Shown here: positions 27,170-39,979 of the stretch, one piece after another
Position numbering within the stretch: position 1 is the first letter of the stretch
How the letters are laid out: the number at the start of each line of letters is the position of its first letter
Source: Octopus vulgaris
Lineage: Eukaryota
NCBI GenBank assembly: GCA_951406725.2
Contig: OX597828.1
Coordinates: 20,274,001-20,338,000, forward strand
Reading direction: 5' to 3'
Length of the DNA stretch: 64,000 bases
The notes under the pieces: model-generated
The model's database searches: none
What the model was told of the DNA's origin: nothing
What the model saw: the letters and a program-made list of their open reading frames with translations, nothing else
Translations under genes and position numbers: made by a program

Positions 27170-27792
27170 TGGGATATGATAAGTATACTGAGCTTTGTAT
27201 ATTTTACCCCAGTGTCATTTTGATGGCCTGCACAAGTACCCTGATGCAATACCATACAGTGGCTATCATAGCTTCTGATTGGAAGTGTTAACATGTGCAT
27301 TTTTTTTTTGTCTTGGTATAAAAGCTGGGCTACAGCAAATATTCTGCTTAATATAACAGATTTGCTTGTCAGTTTTTTGATCTTGACCAGTTGAGCATCT
27401 CCCTTGGTGGATGAGGATATGTGCATCTCTGATCACAAGCAGAAGTAGTGGGGGAGCATCATAGCCATGTGTTAAGAGGAATTCTGTGGGATTTGAATAA
27501 TTCACCTCTGGGAACATGGATTTTCCTTAAACAAACCTTATTCAGGGACCTTTTGAGCAGGATGGCTTATTCAGCCTGAAAAGAATTGTAACTGGGCCCC
27601 ACCTTCAAGCTCATGCGCTGTTTATCTTGATATGAGATCACCATGTCGCGCACATATGATTGTGATGCTCGTGCCTAGTGCACCCTTATCAGAAAGATAG
27701 TCATGATAGGCATATTGAGCTTCGTACCCCAGTGTCACTTTGATGGCATGCACACACACTCACTCAATAACAACAACAACAACCACAATAAC

Positions 27793-27855
<63 letters not shown>
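27170..27855 (+). mobile_element. Family E (ATT/TAA-associated ~540-bp element) with (AAT)n tail, preceded by a partial copy
   Basis: Reverse complement of 28709-29252 and 43779-44329. Ends cactcactca-(AAC/AAT)n. Segment 27197-27234 duplicates its 3' end. Upstream 27040-27075 translates KIVVLGTAHLL, an R4/Dong-like C-terminus. Confidence 0.8.
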
Positions 27856-27856
<1 letters not shown>

Positions 27857-28662
27857 TTTTAAAGGGATTGACGTAAGTTCTCACAAAGGTAAGTAGACAA
27901 TACAAAGAGCGCTAGCGGTTTTATTGGTTCAACGATATTTCGACAGCTAGACTGTCTTTGCCGAGTTCAAAATGAAAAAGAGATACATAGAAATTTAAAA
28001 TTATAGAAATTCAAATTCAAAATCTGAACGAGGCAACCAGCATTCTCACGTTGATGGAATGACACCATCAGTCTTCAAATTTCAAGTTAAACAACTGGCA
28101 AAAAGAAAAAGAAAGGAGAAAAAAAGGAAAAGAAAAAGAAAAGGACAAAGAATAATGTTTAAGCAAATAGTTTTGTGTAAATATGATGAAATTCCCCTGT
28201 CATTTTATTCATCACTCCAGAGCGTGATGTTAATAACCTGCAAACATATTTCTCCTCATGCATTTTAAGGACTTAAAGTGTAGCTGATTCAGAAAATTTT
28301 CTGAGAATATGCACATTCAAGTCTTTTTTTCAAAATTGCAGCCGCTTGAAACGAAATATTCAGCAAGTTCTGTCGAAGCACTGTTATTGTGCCTGGCGTC
28401 ATATATGTGCCCATTGAATCTTTTGTTTAATTGAGCTGTGGTACAAGCAACATAAATGAAGTTGTGTTTCGTGCATTCTGCGGTGTACACCAACTGGGAA
28501 TCTCTACATATCCCACCTTCCGTGTAAATCATAACATTTTTGTTATGATTCCTGATGAAATCGACTCGACTCATCTTGTTGCACAATGAACAAGGCTTAC
28601 CTCTCTTGCGGTTGTTTTTTCAAGGTACAGCGTGCAGAAACTCCAATGTTTTCTTGGAGTCA
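27856..28662 (-). mobile_element. Penelope-like element 3' fragment (GIY-YIG remnant + 3' UTR)
   Basis: Minus strand GKPCSLCNKM...CRDSQLVYTAECTKHNFIYVACT..LNKRFNGH..ELAEYF is a GIY-YIG domain. Decayed HHR at 27930-27967. Confidence 0.8.
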
Positions 28663-28698
<36 letters not shown>

Positions 28699-28708
28699 TT
28701 TATTATTG

Positions 28709-29252
28709 AGTGAGAGAGCAGTTCATGCCATCAAAGTGACACTGGGGTAAAATATACGAAGCCCAATATACCCATCATGACTACCCGTCTGATAAGGGTA
28801 CACCAGGCACATGCATCACAACCATATGTGCGCGACATGGTGATCTCATATCAACATAACGGCGCATGACCTTGCAGGTGGGGCCCAGTTAGAATTTTCT
28901 TCAGGTCGAATAGCCCATCCCGCTCAAAAGGTCCCTGAATAAGGGTTGTTTAAGGATGTTGAAAGAACCACCCATGTTTCCAGAGGTGAATTATTCAAAC
29001 CCCAAAGAACCCTCTCAACACATGGCTATGATGCTCCCCAACTACTTCTGCTCGTTATCAGAGATGCACATATCGTCAGCCACTAAGGGACATGCTCAAC
29101 CGGTTAAGGTCAAACAACTGACAAGCACATCTGTGGTATTGAGCAGAATATTTGCTGTAGCCCATCTTTTATACAAAGACAAAACAATGTACATGATGAC
29201 ACTTCCAATCAGTTAAGATCAGAAGCCATGAGAGCCACTGCCTGGTACTGCA
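28709..29252 (-). mobile_element. Family E element flanked by (ATT)n
   Basis: Nearly identical to 43779-44329. Confidence 0.9.
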
Positions 29253-29307
29253 TTATTATTATTATTATTATTATCATCATCATCATCATCATCATCATCA
29301 TTATTAG

Positions 29308-29492
29308 AGGCAGCGAGTTGGCAGAAACTTTAGCACGCTGGACGAAATGCTTAGCGGTATTTCGTCTGCTGCTACGTTCTGAGTTCAAATTCCGCCGAGG
29401 TCGACTTTGCTTTTCATCCTTTCGGTGTCGATAAAATAAGTACCAGTTACGCACTGGGGTCGATGTAATCGACTTAATCCGTTTGTCTGTCC
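29308..29492 (+). mobile_element. SINE family A
   Basis: aggcagcgagttggcagaaac...gagttcaaattccgccgaggtcgac...catcctttcgg. Confidence 0.85.
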
Positions 29493-29985
29493 CAGTTTTC
29501 GCACCCAGACATGATAAGAATTTATGCTGACCAAAAAGAGTTCTTCATTTACAATTCAAATCCAAGACATCAGGACCATCATGATATACAGAAACTAACT
29601 AGAAATGTTGTACATACTGAAGTCGTCTAAATGTAAAAACCTCCCTGTATATACATCTTATATATTGAGATTAAATTGTACATGTTCAGTATATAAATAT
29701 TGTAATATGTGTTTGTTATATGGGGATTTGCGGATTAATTATTCAAAACAAACAGTTTAAAGCTGTTTCAATAAGTACACATTCTATTTCCATTTTATTT
29801 TCAAACGTAACTGCTTGGGATCAGGGGAGTGCAGTATCAAAGCCAGGTATGCATTAGCAATTCTTGCACTGGCTGCGAACACACTCAACTGTTTTTAAGC
29901 TGTTGCTGACTACTGTTTATATTAATTATTTATTTTTTGTCAAGAATTTATCTTGTGTGCATAAAATATATAATACGTTTGTATA

Positions 29986-30038
<53 letters not shown>

Positions 30039-30186
30039 TAGATAGATAGATAGATAGATGTAAATATATGTAAAACTGGTTATTGATACTTTCTATTACT
30101 TTTCGTACACATGAGAAAAAATAGGACATTAAACTACTCATCACTTAACGGGTGCCCTAGTAATGATAATAATGAGGAGGAGGATA

Positions 30187-30715
30187 AGGCGGCCAGCTGG
30201 CAGAAACGTTAGCAAACGGGCGAAATGCTTAGCGGTAATTCGTCTGCCGTTACGTTCTGAGTTCAAATTCTGCTGAGGTGGACTTTGCCTTTCATCCTTT
30301 CGGGGTCGCTAAATTAAGTACCAGTTACGCAGTGAGGTCGATATAGTCGACTTAATCCGTTTGTCTGTCCTTGTTTGTCCTCTCTGTCTTTAGCCCCTTG
30401 TGGGTAGTAAAGAAATGGGTGCCCTAGTAATGATGATAATGATAATAATATAACGGGTGCCCTACAATGATGGTAATGATAATAATGATGATATCAGGCG
30501 GCCAACTGGCAGAAACGTTAACACACCGGGCAAAATGCTTAGCGGTATTTCGTCTGTCTTTATGTTCTGAGGTCAAATTCCGCCGTGGTCGACTTTGCCT
30601 TTTATCCTTTCGGGGTCGATAAATTAAATACCGGTTGCATACTGGGGTCGATTAAATCGACTGGCCCCCTTCCACCCACAAAGACATTCGGGCCTTGTGC
30701 CTAGAGTAGAAAAGA
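30187..30715 (+). mobile_element. Two SINE family A copies (30187-30416, 30496-30715)
   Basis: Both begin aggcggcca.ctggcagaaacgtta and contain the B-box and core. Confidence 0.85.
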
Positions 30716-30741
30716 ATAATGATAATAATGATGATGAAAGA

Positions 30742-31460
30742 ATTAATATGAGAAGTATAGAAAAAATAGAAAAGTACCAGGACCTAGCTGTTGTATTGTT
30801 TGATTGAAGCACTCCGTCGGATACGACGATGAGGGTTCCGGTTGATCCGATTCACGGAACAGCCTGCTCGTGAAATTAACGTGTAAGTGGCTGAGCACTC
30901 CACAGACACGTGTACCCTTAACGTAGTTCTCGGGGATATTCAGCGTGACACAGAGAGTGATAAGGCCGGCCCTTTGAAATACAGGTACAACAGAAACAGG
31001 AAGTAAGAGTGAGAGAAAGTTGTGGTGAAAGAGTACAGCAGGGATCACCACCATGGGGTCACGTGGAACTTTTAGGTGTTTTCGCTCAATAAACACTCAC
31101 AACCCCCGGTCTGGGAATCGAAACCGCGATCCTACGACCGCGAGTCCGCTGCCCTAACCACTGGGCCATTGCGCCTCCACATCTCTTGAATTACAGAGCC
31201 TATGGAAAGGGCGGGTAAAATGTATTCCAGTAGTTATAGTTGCATTGGGAACAATCCCTAAAGATTTGTACAGATGAATAGAGGAAATAGGCATAAAACC
31301 CAGTTTAGTACAGCTTCAGAAAAAAGTGTTATTAGGGACAGCTAAGATACTTAGGAGGGTTATTTGCATCTAAGGTTACACGTTGTGACCCGATATGAGG
31401 GTTCTTGGCATCTAAGGCAACTTGTTGTAGCCCGATGTTAGGATTCTTTTCTTTTCCAAC
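30742..31460 (+). pseudogene. R4/Dong-type LINE 3' end (RLE endonuclease tail), interrupted by a SINE
   Basis: EKIEKYQDLA (30757-30788) resumes after the insert as LELQSLWKGRVKCIPVVIVALGTIPK..LQKKVLLGTAKILRRV. Followed by (AAT)n. Confidence 0.8.
30790..31181 (-). mobile_element. SINE family D (tRNA-Arg-like head)
   Basis: Minus strand gtggaggcgcaatggcccagtggttagggcagcggactcgcggtcg..ggtttcgattccc has A/B boxes and a TCG anticodon-like loop. Confidence 0.8.
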
Positions 31461-31478
31461 AGTCTAATCTGTTGAGTT

Positions 31479-31536
<58 letters not shown>

Positions 31537-31612
31537 TAATAATAATAATAATAATATAATAATAATAATAATAATAGTAATAATAATAATGATAATAATA
31601 ATTTCTTATGGT

Positions 31613-31965
31613 AGGCGTAAGCGTGGCTGTGTAGTAAGAAGCTTGCTTCCAACCACATGGTTTCGGGTTCAGTCTCACTGCATGGCACCTTGTGCACGTG
31701 TCTTCTGCTATAGCCTCGACCGATCAAAACCATGTGAGTGGATTTTTTGTCTATGTTTGTCCCACCACCATCGCCTCATAACCGCTGCCGGTGTGTTTAT
31801 TCCTTGCAACTTAGCAGTTCATCAGAAAAAGTCCGATAGAATAAGTACTAGGCTTACAATAAATAAGTCTTGGGTTCGATTTCTTCGACTAACACACATT
31901 AAGCCGGTGCTCCAGCATGGCCTCAGTCAAATGACTGAAACCAGTAAAAGTGTAAAATAGTATAA
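31613..31965 (+). mobile_element. SINE family B lacking the internal microsatellite
   Basis: taggcgtaagcgtggctgtgtagtaag ... atgactgaaaccagtaaaag. Confidence 0.85.
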
Positions 31966-32984
31966 AAGAATAGTGACAGGGCGTATTTATCATCCGTTTT
32001 AAATTTCCCGCAACTAAAATTGTACGCTTCAGTATTTAATAGATTTCCACTGATGATAGACATACGTATGTTGCAAATACTAGTGATACTAAGATGGGTA
32101 ACTATTGTTGGGACAATGCCACACAGCTCTAGTCCGCTTCGAACATATTTCGTTACCCGTGGACACTGAAATAATATATAGATATGACATAAAAGAGTGG
32201 GAGGTAAAATTCGTTAATGGAAAAAAGTATATCTAAATATATAAATACATAAATAAATAGATATTATATTGAATTTTTTTTTAAGGAAAGTTCTTAATTT
32301 AATAATGTGAAAATAATAAGTTTATTCAATTAGATATCGGGTCTGCATATAATATTATTGTGATTTTCAAAATGTCGTATTGAATAATTTTATTTATTTT
32401 TAAGTTGGTCCTTCCTGAATAAATTTCCGGCACACGCACACACACACACACACGCACACAAAGTCTAAAGCCACGGTTAGTGTCTAATAGAAGCAATATT
32501 GGTTTCAATCTTGAAATCGTTTTTACAAGAACGAATACCTATAATGGGATTTGAAAGGAAATAATAGAATTTTTTGAAAAAAAAAAATAAATAAACGATA
32601 CGGAAAGAAAATAAGATAAATAGATCGATTCGATTCGTTCGATCTTTTGTCCACAAACCTGTACAGGCAATACATTATTATTCATGAGAGAGAAAGAATG
32701 TACATATATCAATTAACGTGTCTGCTAGGGTTAACAAAATAAATTTCTTCTAAAACACACACAAAAAACAAAAAAGAAGAGAAAAGAGAATAAAAAAATC
32801 AGCGTCTTTATTATTTACAAAACTTAAGAAAATTTTGAATTAGTTCTTGCCTCACATCAACTCAGAACAAACAGGTCCAAGACAAATGGCTTTCCAGATG
32901 TGACCAAATTGTGTTTTTAAAGTTTCTTAGGATTACGTTAACTAATGTGTGTCCTTTCTATATCACAATGGTAGACAAGACGCC

Positions 32985-33415
32985 GAACCAGAGGATAGTT
33001 AGCACACCGGGGAAACTGTTTAGCGGCATTTCGTCCGTCTTTATGCTCTGAGTTCAAATTCCGCCGAGGTCGACTTTGTCTTTGATCCTTTCGAGGTCGG
33101 ATAAAACAAGTATCAGCTGAACACTGGGGTCGATGTAATCCACTAGCCTCCCCTCCAAAACTTTCAGGGCTTCTACCTATAATATCATTACGATGGTTGA
33201 TAAGGGAACGTGCTGACTGATTTCCTATCGTGCCCGGACAAATTGTTTGGAAGCATTTCAGCTGTCCTTACGTTCTGAATCCAAATTCTGCCGAGATCGA
33301 CTTTGCCTTTCATCATTTCGATTTCGATAAAATAAGTACCAGTTGAGTACTGGGGGTCGATGTAATTGACTTTCTCCCTCCACACAATTGCTGGTCTTGT
33401 GCCAAAATTAGAAAC
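32985..33415. mobile_element. Two SINE family A copies (32985-33180, ~33215-33415)
   Basis: B-box/core motifs gagttcaaattccgccgaggtcgac and caaattctgccgagatcgactttgcctttcatc, both on the plus strand. Confidence 0.75.
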
Positions 33416-33746
33416 TACTAGTACGACTATAAATATATTTTGAGGTAGATTTAGTTGCTAATTCTAGTAAACTGAGTGACTGCGTAGTGGCATCGTCTTT
33501 GATTTAAAAAATTCTTTTGAAATATTTAGAAAATGACTTTTCGTTAATGTCATGTTCAGCGGTGAGGTTGAATCGAATACATTGAGCATATTGTTTTGAA
33601 AGATAATATGGGAAATGCTGGCGATGAAAGAGATAAAAGAATCGGTTGAAATAAGGGAAGAAATTTTAATACGTAAAGCTGAACGCAAATAATTTCTAAT
33701 TGATATTTAAAACAGAATAACACATCGTGTTCGCTGTATTTGTAAA

Positions 33747-33990
33747 TGTGGACGAGTATGGCTTAGTGGTTAGGGTGTTGTACACGTGGAGGAAATAGTG
33801 TGGTTTCGAATCTTGGACTGAGTGAAGTGTTGTGTTCTTGACCGAAACACTTCATTTTACGTTGCTCCAGTCCACTTAACTGGCAAAAATGAGTAAGAAT
33901 GATACAGACGGGTTTCCCGTTCAGGGATGGGGGAATATATATGTCATAATCCGGTGAAGCTGTCCGTATGAACCTGTGGCACGGAATAGA
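33747..33990 (+). mobile_element. SINE family C
   Basis: tggcttagtggttagggtgt A box, gtttcgaatc B box, then cacttcattttacgttgctccagtccac. Confidence 0.75.
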
Positions 33991-34602
33991 CCATTGATAC
34001 TTTTCAATTTATAAACAAGATCCCAAACCCCTTGTAATATTCATTTCTTCAAAGTAGGTTCGCTGAGGATGGACAACGATGTCAAGATATCGGGCGTCCT
34101 AAAATACCCGGATGTTAACGAATCAAGTGTGTTGTGAACATACATTCCGCCTGAAAAGAAGAATTTGCTCTCCAATGACGATTAAAGAGTAGGCACGCAA
34201 AACCACCTAGAGGAAAAGCAAAAAAAACAACTGACATATGTTGGTTTTGTAATAAGATTTAGTGACTTGTAAATAGCAGGCTTCAAAGAATTTTTAGAGA
34301 AAAGTAAAGACAAGTAGGCGTGGAATGGTGGACGAACAAGGACAATATTAAGGAAATGGACAAGGAAATTATTAGCCAAACCCCGATCTTTGGAACATGC
34401 TAAGAACGCACTGAGAAGATTAATGCACTGCATGTCTCAACGCTGACCCTACGACTTCAACAGAAATTGAAATTTCAAGGCAAGGCATCGCTTCATATCA
34501 AACCTTACTGAATTAAAAATAAGAAACGAACGTCTGAAAAAATACCCAGCAGAAGGTCTTTGTTCGAAAGTTTGCTTGAATATAAACAATCTTAGAGCCA
34601 AA

Positions 34603-34845
34603 TGTGGAGGGGCGTGGCTTAGTGGTTAGGGTGTCAGCACCATAATCGTAAGATTGTGGTTTCGATTCCTGGACCGGGCGACGCGTTGTGTACTTGAGCA
34701 AAGCACTTCATTTCACGTTGCTCTAGTCCACTCAGCTGGCAAAAAATGACTAACGCTGCGATGGACTGGCATCCCGTCCAGCTAGGGAACACTTACACCA
34801 TAGAAACCGGGCCCATGAGCCTGGCTAGGCTTTAAAAGGGCGCAT
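34603..34845 (+). mobile_element. SINE family C (tRNA head, V-domain-like core)
   Basis: gtggcttagtggttagggtgtcagc...ggtttcgattcc...cttgagcaaagcacttcatttcacgttgctctagtccactcagctg. Confidence 0.85.
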
Positions 34846-35329
34846 TTATTTATTTAGAGCCAAATAACAACAATAAAATTAGCACGGCCCATGTTCAACA
34901 CATCATCGATCACTCCAGCCATCTTTTCTGTAGCCTGTATATTTAGTTTTACTTCCAGACAATGTGCTATTACACATCTTTGGCAACGTTATCAAGTAAT
35001 CGTTAAACTAGGCAGGTCATTGGTTTCCCCACCTGTCGCACAGCCTGAACCTGACACCCTCCGACTTGTTGATGGAAGTCAGGCTAATTGAAGTGCAGTC
35101 CTCACTGGAAAAGATTTGACGATACAGACGAGGCGAAATTAGCTGTGAAGAAGTGAGTACAACCATACATACGAGATCTTTTTTTCTTATTTTATCAAAT
35201 TAGATCTGAAGGTTGCGTTCAGTAATGAAGCAAATGTGTCATTTGTGATGGCGACTACGTTGAGGAGACCTTTTGAATATAAGAAGAGTTACTCCACTTA
35301 CATCTGCAGTTTGAGTGACGTATGCCAGT

Positions 35330-35945
35330 TCGTGGGTAATTCGATTACATCGATCCCAGCGTTCGACAGGTACGTATTTTAATCAAGAACGGAAGAACGA
35401 AAGGTGAAGTCGATCGCGGTGAAATTTAAATGTTGAACTTGACGACGAGCAAAATTCCCTTAAGCATTTTGTCCGGCATAGTAGCGATTCAATCAGTTCA
35501 CCGCTTTGACTTTCAGTATATAATATTGGCTTTATAATATTATTGCACTTTAAAGGCGGCGAGCTGGCAGAAACGTGAGCACGCGAAATGCTTAATGGTA
35601 TTTCTTCTGCCACTACGTTCTGAGTTCAAATTCCGCTGAGGTCGACTTTGCCTTTCATCCTTACGGGGTCGATTAAATAAGTACCAGTTACGCACTGGGG
35701 TCGATATAATCGACTCGATCCGTTTGTCTGTCCTTGTTTGTCCTCTCTGTGTTTAGTTCCTTGTGGGTAGTAAAGAAATAGGTATTTCGTCTGCCGCTAC
35801 GTTCTAAGTTCAAATCCCTCCGACGTCGACTTTTCCTTTCATCCTTTCGGGGTCGATAAATTAAGTACCATTTCCGTACTGGAGTCGGTCTAATCGATTG
35901 GCCTCCACCCCAAAAATTTCGGGCCTTGAGCCAATGGTAGAAAAG
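35330..35945. mobile_element. SINE family A cluster (minus copy 35330-35505; plus tandem 35553-35945)
   Basis: Core motifs are present in both orientations. Confidence 0.8.
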
Positions 35946-36091
35946 TATATTGTCGTACTTTGCAGAGTACTACAATTTTAGAATATCTATGATATAACTT
36001 CATGGCGTTGTATTATCATACATAAAATCTCTCTGTGTAACACAACGATGTAAAGTCATTACAAGCGTAGTGGATAGCAAGTATCAAAACC

Positions 36092-36273
36092 ATGGCACAG
36101 GCATGGGTGCGGAGTGAAGAAGCTGGCTTTGTAACCACGTGGCATTGGGTTCAGTCCCACAGTGCAGCAACGTCGGCAATTGTCCTCTACTAAAGTCCCT
36201 GGCCGACCAAAGAATTGTGGGTGTGTATTTGATAGACGGAAACTAGGTGGTAGCGCACTGTTTCCATATATAT

Positions 36274-36339
<66 letters not shown>

Positions 36340-36736
36340 CTATCTTTTGTTTCAGTCATTCGACTGTGGCCATGCTGGAGCACCGCCTTGAATTTTTTGT
36401 CGAATGAATCCACCTCACCACTTCGTTTTTAAGCCCGGTACTAATTCTATCGGTTTCTTTTGGCGAACCACTAAGTTACGGGGACGTAAAAGCACCTATA
36501 CCGGTTGTCAAGCGGTGGTGGGAGGACCAATGGGCAGAAAAAAGCACAGACACGTGGATATATACATATGTACGACGGGCTTCTCTCAGTTCTCGTTTAC
36601 CTATTCCACTCACAAGGCTTTGGTTGACCCAAGGATATATTAGAAGACACTTGCCCAAGATGCTATGCAGTGGGACGGAAAGCGGAACCATGGGGTTCGG
36701 AAGCAACCTTCTTACTGCACATTCCCGCCTACGCCT
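36092..36736. mobile_element. Two SINE family B copies in opposite orientation (plus 36092-36250; minus 36341-36736)
   Basis: Head and core motifs occur on both strands. Confidence 0.8.
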
Positions 36737-36789
36737 ATATATATATATATAGGATTCAATAGCTAGAAACAAGAGCAATTACACCCCCA

Positions 36790-38814
36790 CCAAGGGAAAG
36801 AATAAAGCCTTAGACCGCTATTGTGACTAGATAACTAATTTCCCGTTTCAATTCATCAAGAAACAAAAACACAGCCCTAACTTTAACAAAAGAGAATGGA
36901 ACGACCTCATCAAACTAAGAGAAGACAAAGCAATAACAATTAAGGAGGCAGATAAGGGCAACGCGATAGTAGTAATGAATACAAACGATTATAAAAATTT
37001 AGTGCTATCCCTATTAAGAGATGAAACGTATTATGAAAGGGCCCAACAGTATAATCAGCAAAAAATAATGCACAACCTTAGGACATTAATCAACACATAC
37101 CGAGAAGGGCTCACGGACAAGGAGTATGAATACATCACCAACTTCAAATGCAAATCGAGTTTGTTCTACGGTATCCCTAAAGTACACAAAAGCCAAATAA
37201 TTAGAGAAACATGCAAAACATCTACCGATATACTCATCAAAATCCCTTCACCAAATGATCTTAAACTTAGACCGATAATAGCAGGGCCAGCATGTGAGAC
37301 TCACCGCCTCAGCAATTTCTTAGACACACTTCTTAAAACCTTTCCTAAAACACATCAAAAGCTACGTAAGAGACGATATAGATATGCTCAACCACCTCCC
37401 TAAAACAGTCAATGAGAAAACCCTTCTAGTATCATTCGACGTAGTTAATCTTTATTCTAACATCCCCTCACAACCTAGGAATAGAAGCGATCACCTTCTG
37501 GCTGAATAACTACTCCTTTGAACTCCCAACTCGCATAAACAAAGACCTTATAATAGAAGGACTTAGATTTATTTTAGAGAACAATTACTTTATTTTTGAC
37601 AATAATTTCTACAGACAAAGATCGGGAACAGCGATGGGCACGCGTACTGCACCATCTTTTGCCAACCTAGTGATGGGATACCTCGAGATAATACTCTACC
37701 AGATAACACTCGAGAAATTTGGAAACACCTTCTCCACCTATATCCAGAACAACTGGAAAAGATACCTCGATGACTGTTTCATCATCTGGGACAAAAGTAT
37801 AGAGAAACTTGAGGAATTTAAAATACTATTAAATGGAATAAATGATAATATACAATTCACGATGGATCATAACGAAGAAGAATTACCATTTTTAGACATC
37901 CTCATTAAGAAAACCGGCAACAAAATAGAGACAGATATCTACTATAAACCGACAGACTCCAAACAATACCTACCCTTTGATTCATGCCACCCACGACATG
38001 TTTAGCTAGAAGGATCTACACCATAATATCAGACACAAACACCCGACACACACGTCTCCAGGAACTTAGAACCACACTCACAAATAGAAACTATCCACAG
38101 CCCCTAATAGACAGTGCAATCCAAAGGGCACTCAAATTAAGTATAGAAGACCTGAGACAAACAAAACCAAAAAAGAAAGAACAATTAAAAACTCTTCCCT
38201 GCATCTCTACACACAACCCACTCAACAATGAGGCCTTCAGCACCATACTACAAAGCACAGCCCTACTAAAGGGAGACCCAAAGATGAACCGGATTCTCGA
38301 AACACACACCATCATTAAAAGTAAACGGCAACCAAAATCCTTGAAAAGGATTTTAACCCAAGCTAAACTCCACTCAACATCAACCACAAAACCAGCAGTT
38401 AGAAAATGTGGAAGGCCCAACTGCGGAATCTGTGTCATCTTGATAGAAGGTTCAGAATGTATACTAGAACAAGGCCATCAGTTCAACATTAGAGCAAACT
38501 TCACCTGCGCATCAGAAAACTTAATTTACGTCTTAACATGCGCAGGCTGCAATAGGCAGTATATAGGCCATACAAAAAATAGCTTACGTAACAGGATGGC
38601 GGTGCATAAATCACAAATTAGAAACCCTGAATACCGGAAAATACCGGTCAGCGGACACATAGATAGATGTGCTGGAAATGTAAATCCGAAATTTACAACT
38701 TACCCGCTTTATAAATTCAGTGACAGCGTAACCTTCACGCAACGCCAAAATAAAGAACTGTATTTCATCAAAAAATTTAGACCAAGTTTGAACACCCTGG
38801 GCCAGGAATATTAA
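36790..38814 (+). pseudogene. Penelope RT-GIY-YIG polyprotein, frameshifted
   Basis: Motifs IKEADKGNAIVVM, FYGIPKVHK, LRPIIAG, LVSFDVVNLYSNIP, GTAMGTRTAPSFANL, RYLDDCF, LPFLDILI, YYKPTD, CGRPNCGIC and NLIYVLTCAGCNRQYIGHT. At least 3 frameshifts. Confidence 0.93.
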
Positions 38815-39029
38815 AACAAAACATTGGTCCTCCGAAAAGGAGAAGCGAAATTCTACCACGGCCGCTGCCTTAAACAGTTACTCACACTTACAGAGATATG
38901 TCTTAGGGAAAGAAAAAATTCATAAAAAGATCTCTACGAGCAGATCTAATCCTGATTCGTCAAGAAACTGATGACGTATTACCTCAGTGGGCAAGCTATT
39001 GTCACCTTGCTTGGTCGGTTTCCACACAC

Positions 39030-39405
39030 GATACAGCTAAGGGTCAGACCCGATTCTGATTGGTCAAAACATTGATGACGTCTCGTTCTGCTGGACTAGC
39101 CACCTAACGGGATGATTGGTCAAAACATTGATGACGTCTCGTTCCGCTGGACTAGCCACCTAACAGGATACAGTCATGGGTCAGATCTAATACAGCTATA
39201 GGTCAGACCCGATTCTGATTGGTCAAAACATTGATGACGTCTCTTTCTGCTGGACTAGCCACCTAACGGGATGATTGGTCAAAACATTGATGACGTCCCG
39301 TTCTGCTGGACTAGCCACCTAGCGAGATGATTGGTCAAAACATTGATGACGTCTCGTTCCGCTGAACTAGCCACCTAACAGGATACAGTCATGGATCAGA
39401 TCTAA
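39030..39405 (+). repeat. 56-bp tandem repeat (5 copies) in the Penelope 3' UTR
   Basis: gattggtcaaaacattgatgacgtctcgttctgctggactagccacctaac starts at 39058, 39114, 39217, 39273 and 39329. Confidence 0.95.
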
Positions 39406-39870
39406 TTTCAATCCGTCAAAAACAAGGATGACGTATTTCTTCCGTGGCCAAACTGTCGTTCTGCTTGGTTGGTTTCCTAACAGGATATATTCGTTGAGAC
39501 TGAGTTTTGATTGGTTGGGAACTATATGACGTCAGTGAAAAATGCAAGTGAGACAGCTAAGCTGAGCTGATATAAACCAAATTCATCAAAACTATACGAA
39601 CAGACACCAACCAAAAATCATTACAGTTGCTCCCATTGGAACGCAAGGTAAAATCTAAAATGAATTTCTCACTTTTTCAAGAACATGAATTTTTTATATT
39701 TGACTCTATTGAATGCATATCATCACTATGAACTACTACATCATACTTTTTAAACATATAGCATGGACTCGCTTTACTATATATGAATTTTTTATGTTTG
39801 ACTCTATTGAATATTATATATGAAATTTTTTATATTTGATAGCATGAACTATCTTTTTTATATATAAATC

Positions 39871-39915
39871 TTTTTTGATAAGGTTCGTCATTTCAAGAAC
39901 CGAAACATGTTAAAT
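39871..39915 (+). ncRNA. Degenerate minimal hammerhead motif at the Penelope 3' end
   Basis: TTGATAA (2 changes from CTGATGA), stem II ggttc/gaacc, then GAAAC-AT-GTT with palindromic ACATGT. Confidence 0.6.
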
Positions 39916-39979
39916 AAATAATGTATATATAAAAATTAAAATTTGTCTAATATAGCAGCATTTTCAAACTTCATTTTTT

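Noticed and set aside
34603-34680. tRNA genes (also heads at 31100-31181, 33747-33820, 41796-41870)
   Set aside because: A/B boxes are present but the acceptor stems do not close and the sequences continue into SINE bodies.
39058-39380. TTGATGA in the 56-bp repeats as hammerhead cores
   Set aside because: There is no stem II-GAAA or cleavage triplet in register. The motif is better explained as part of TGACGTC.
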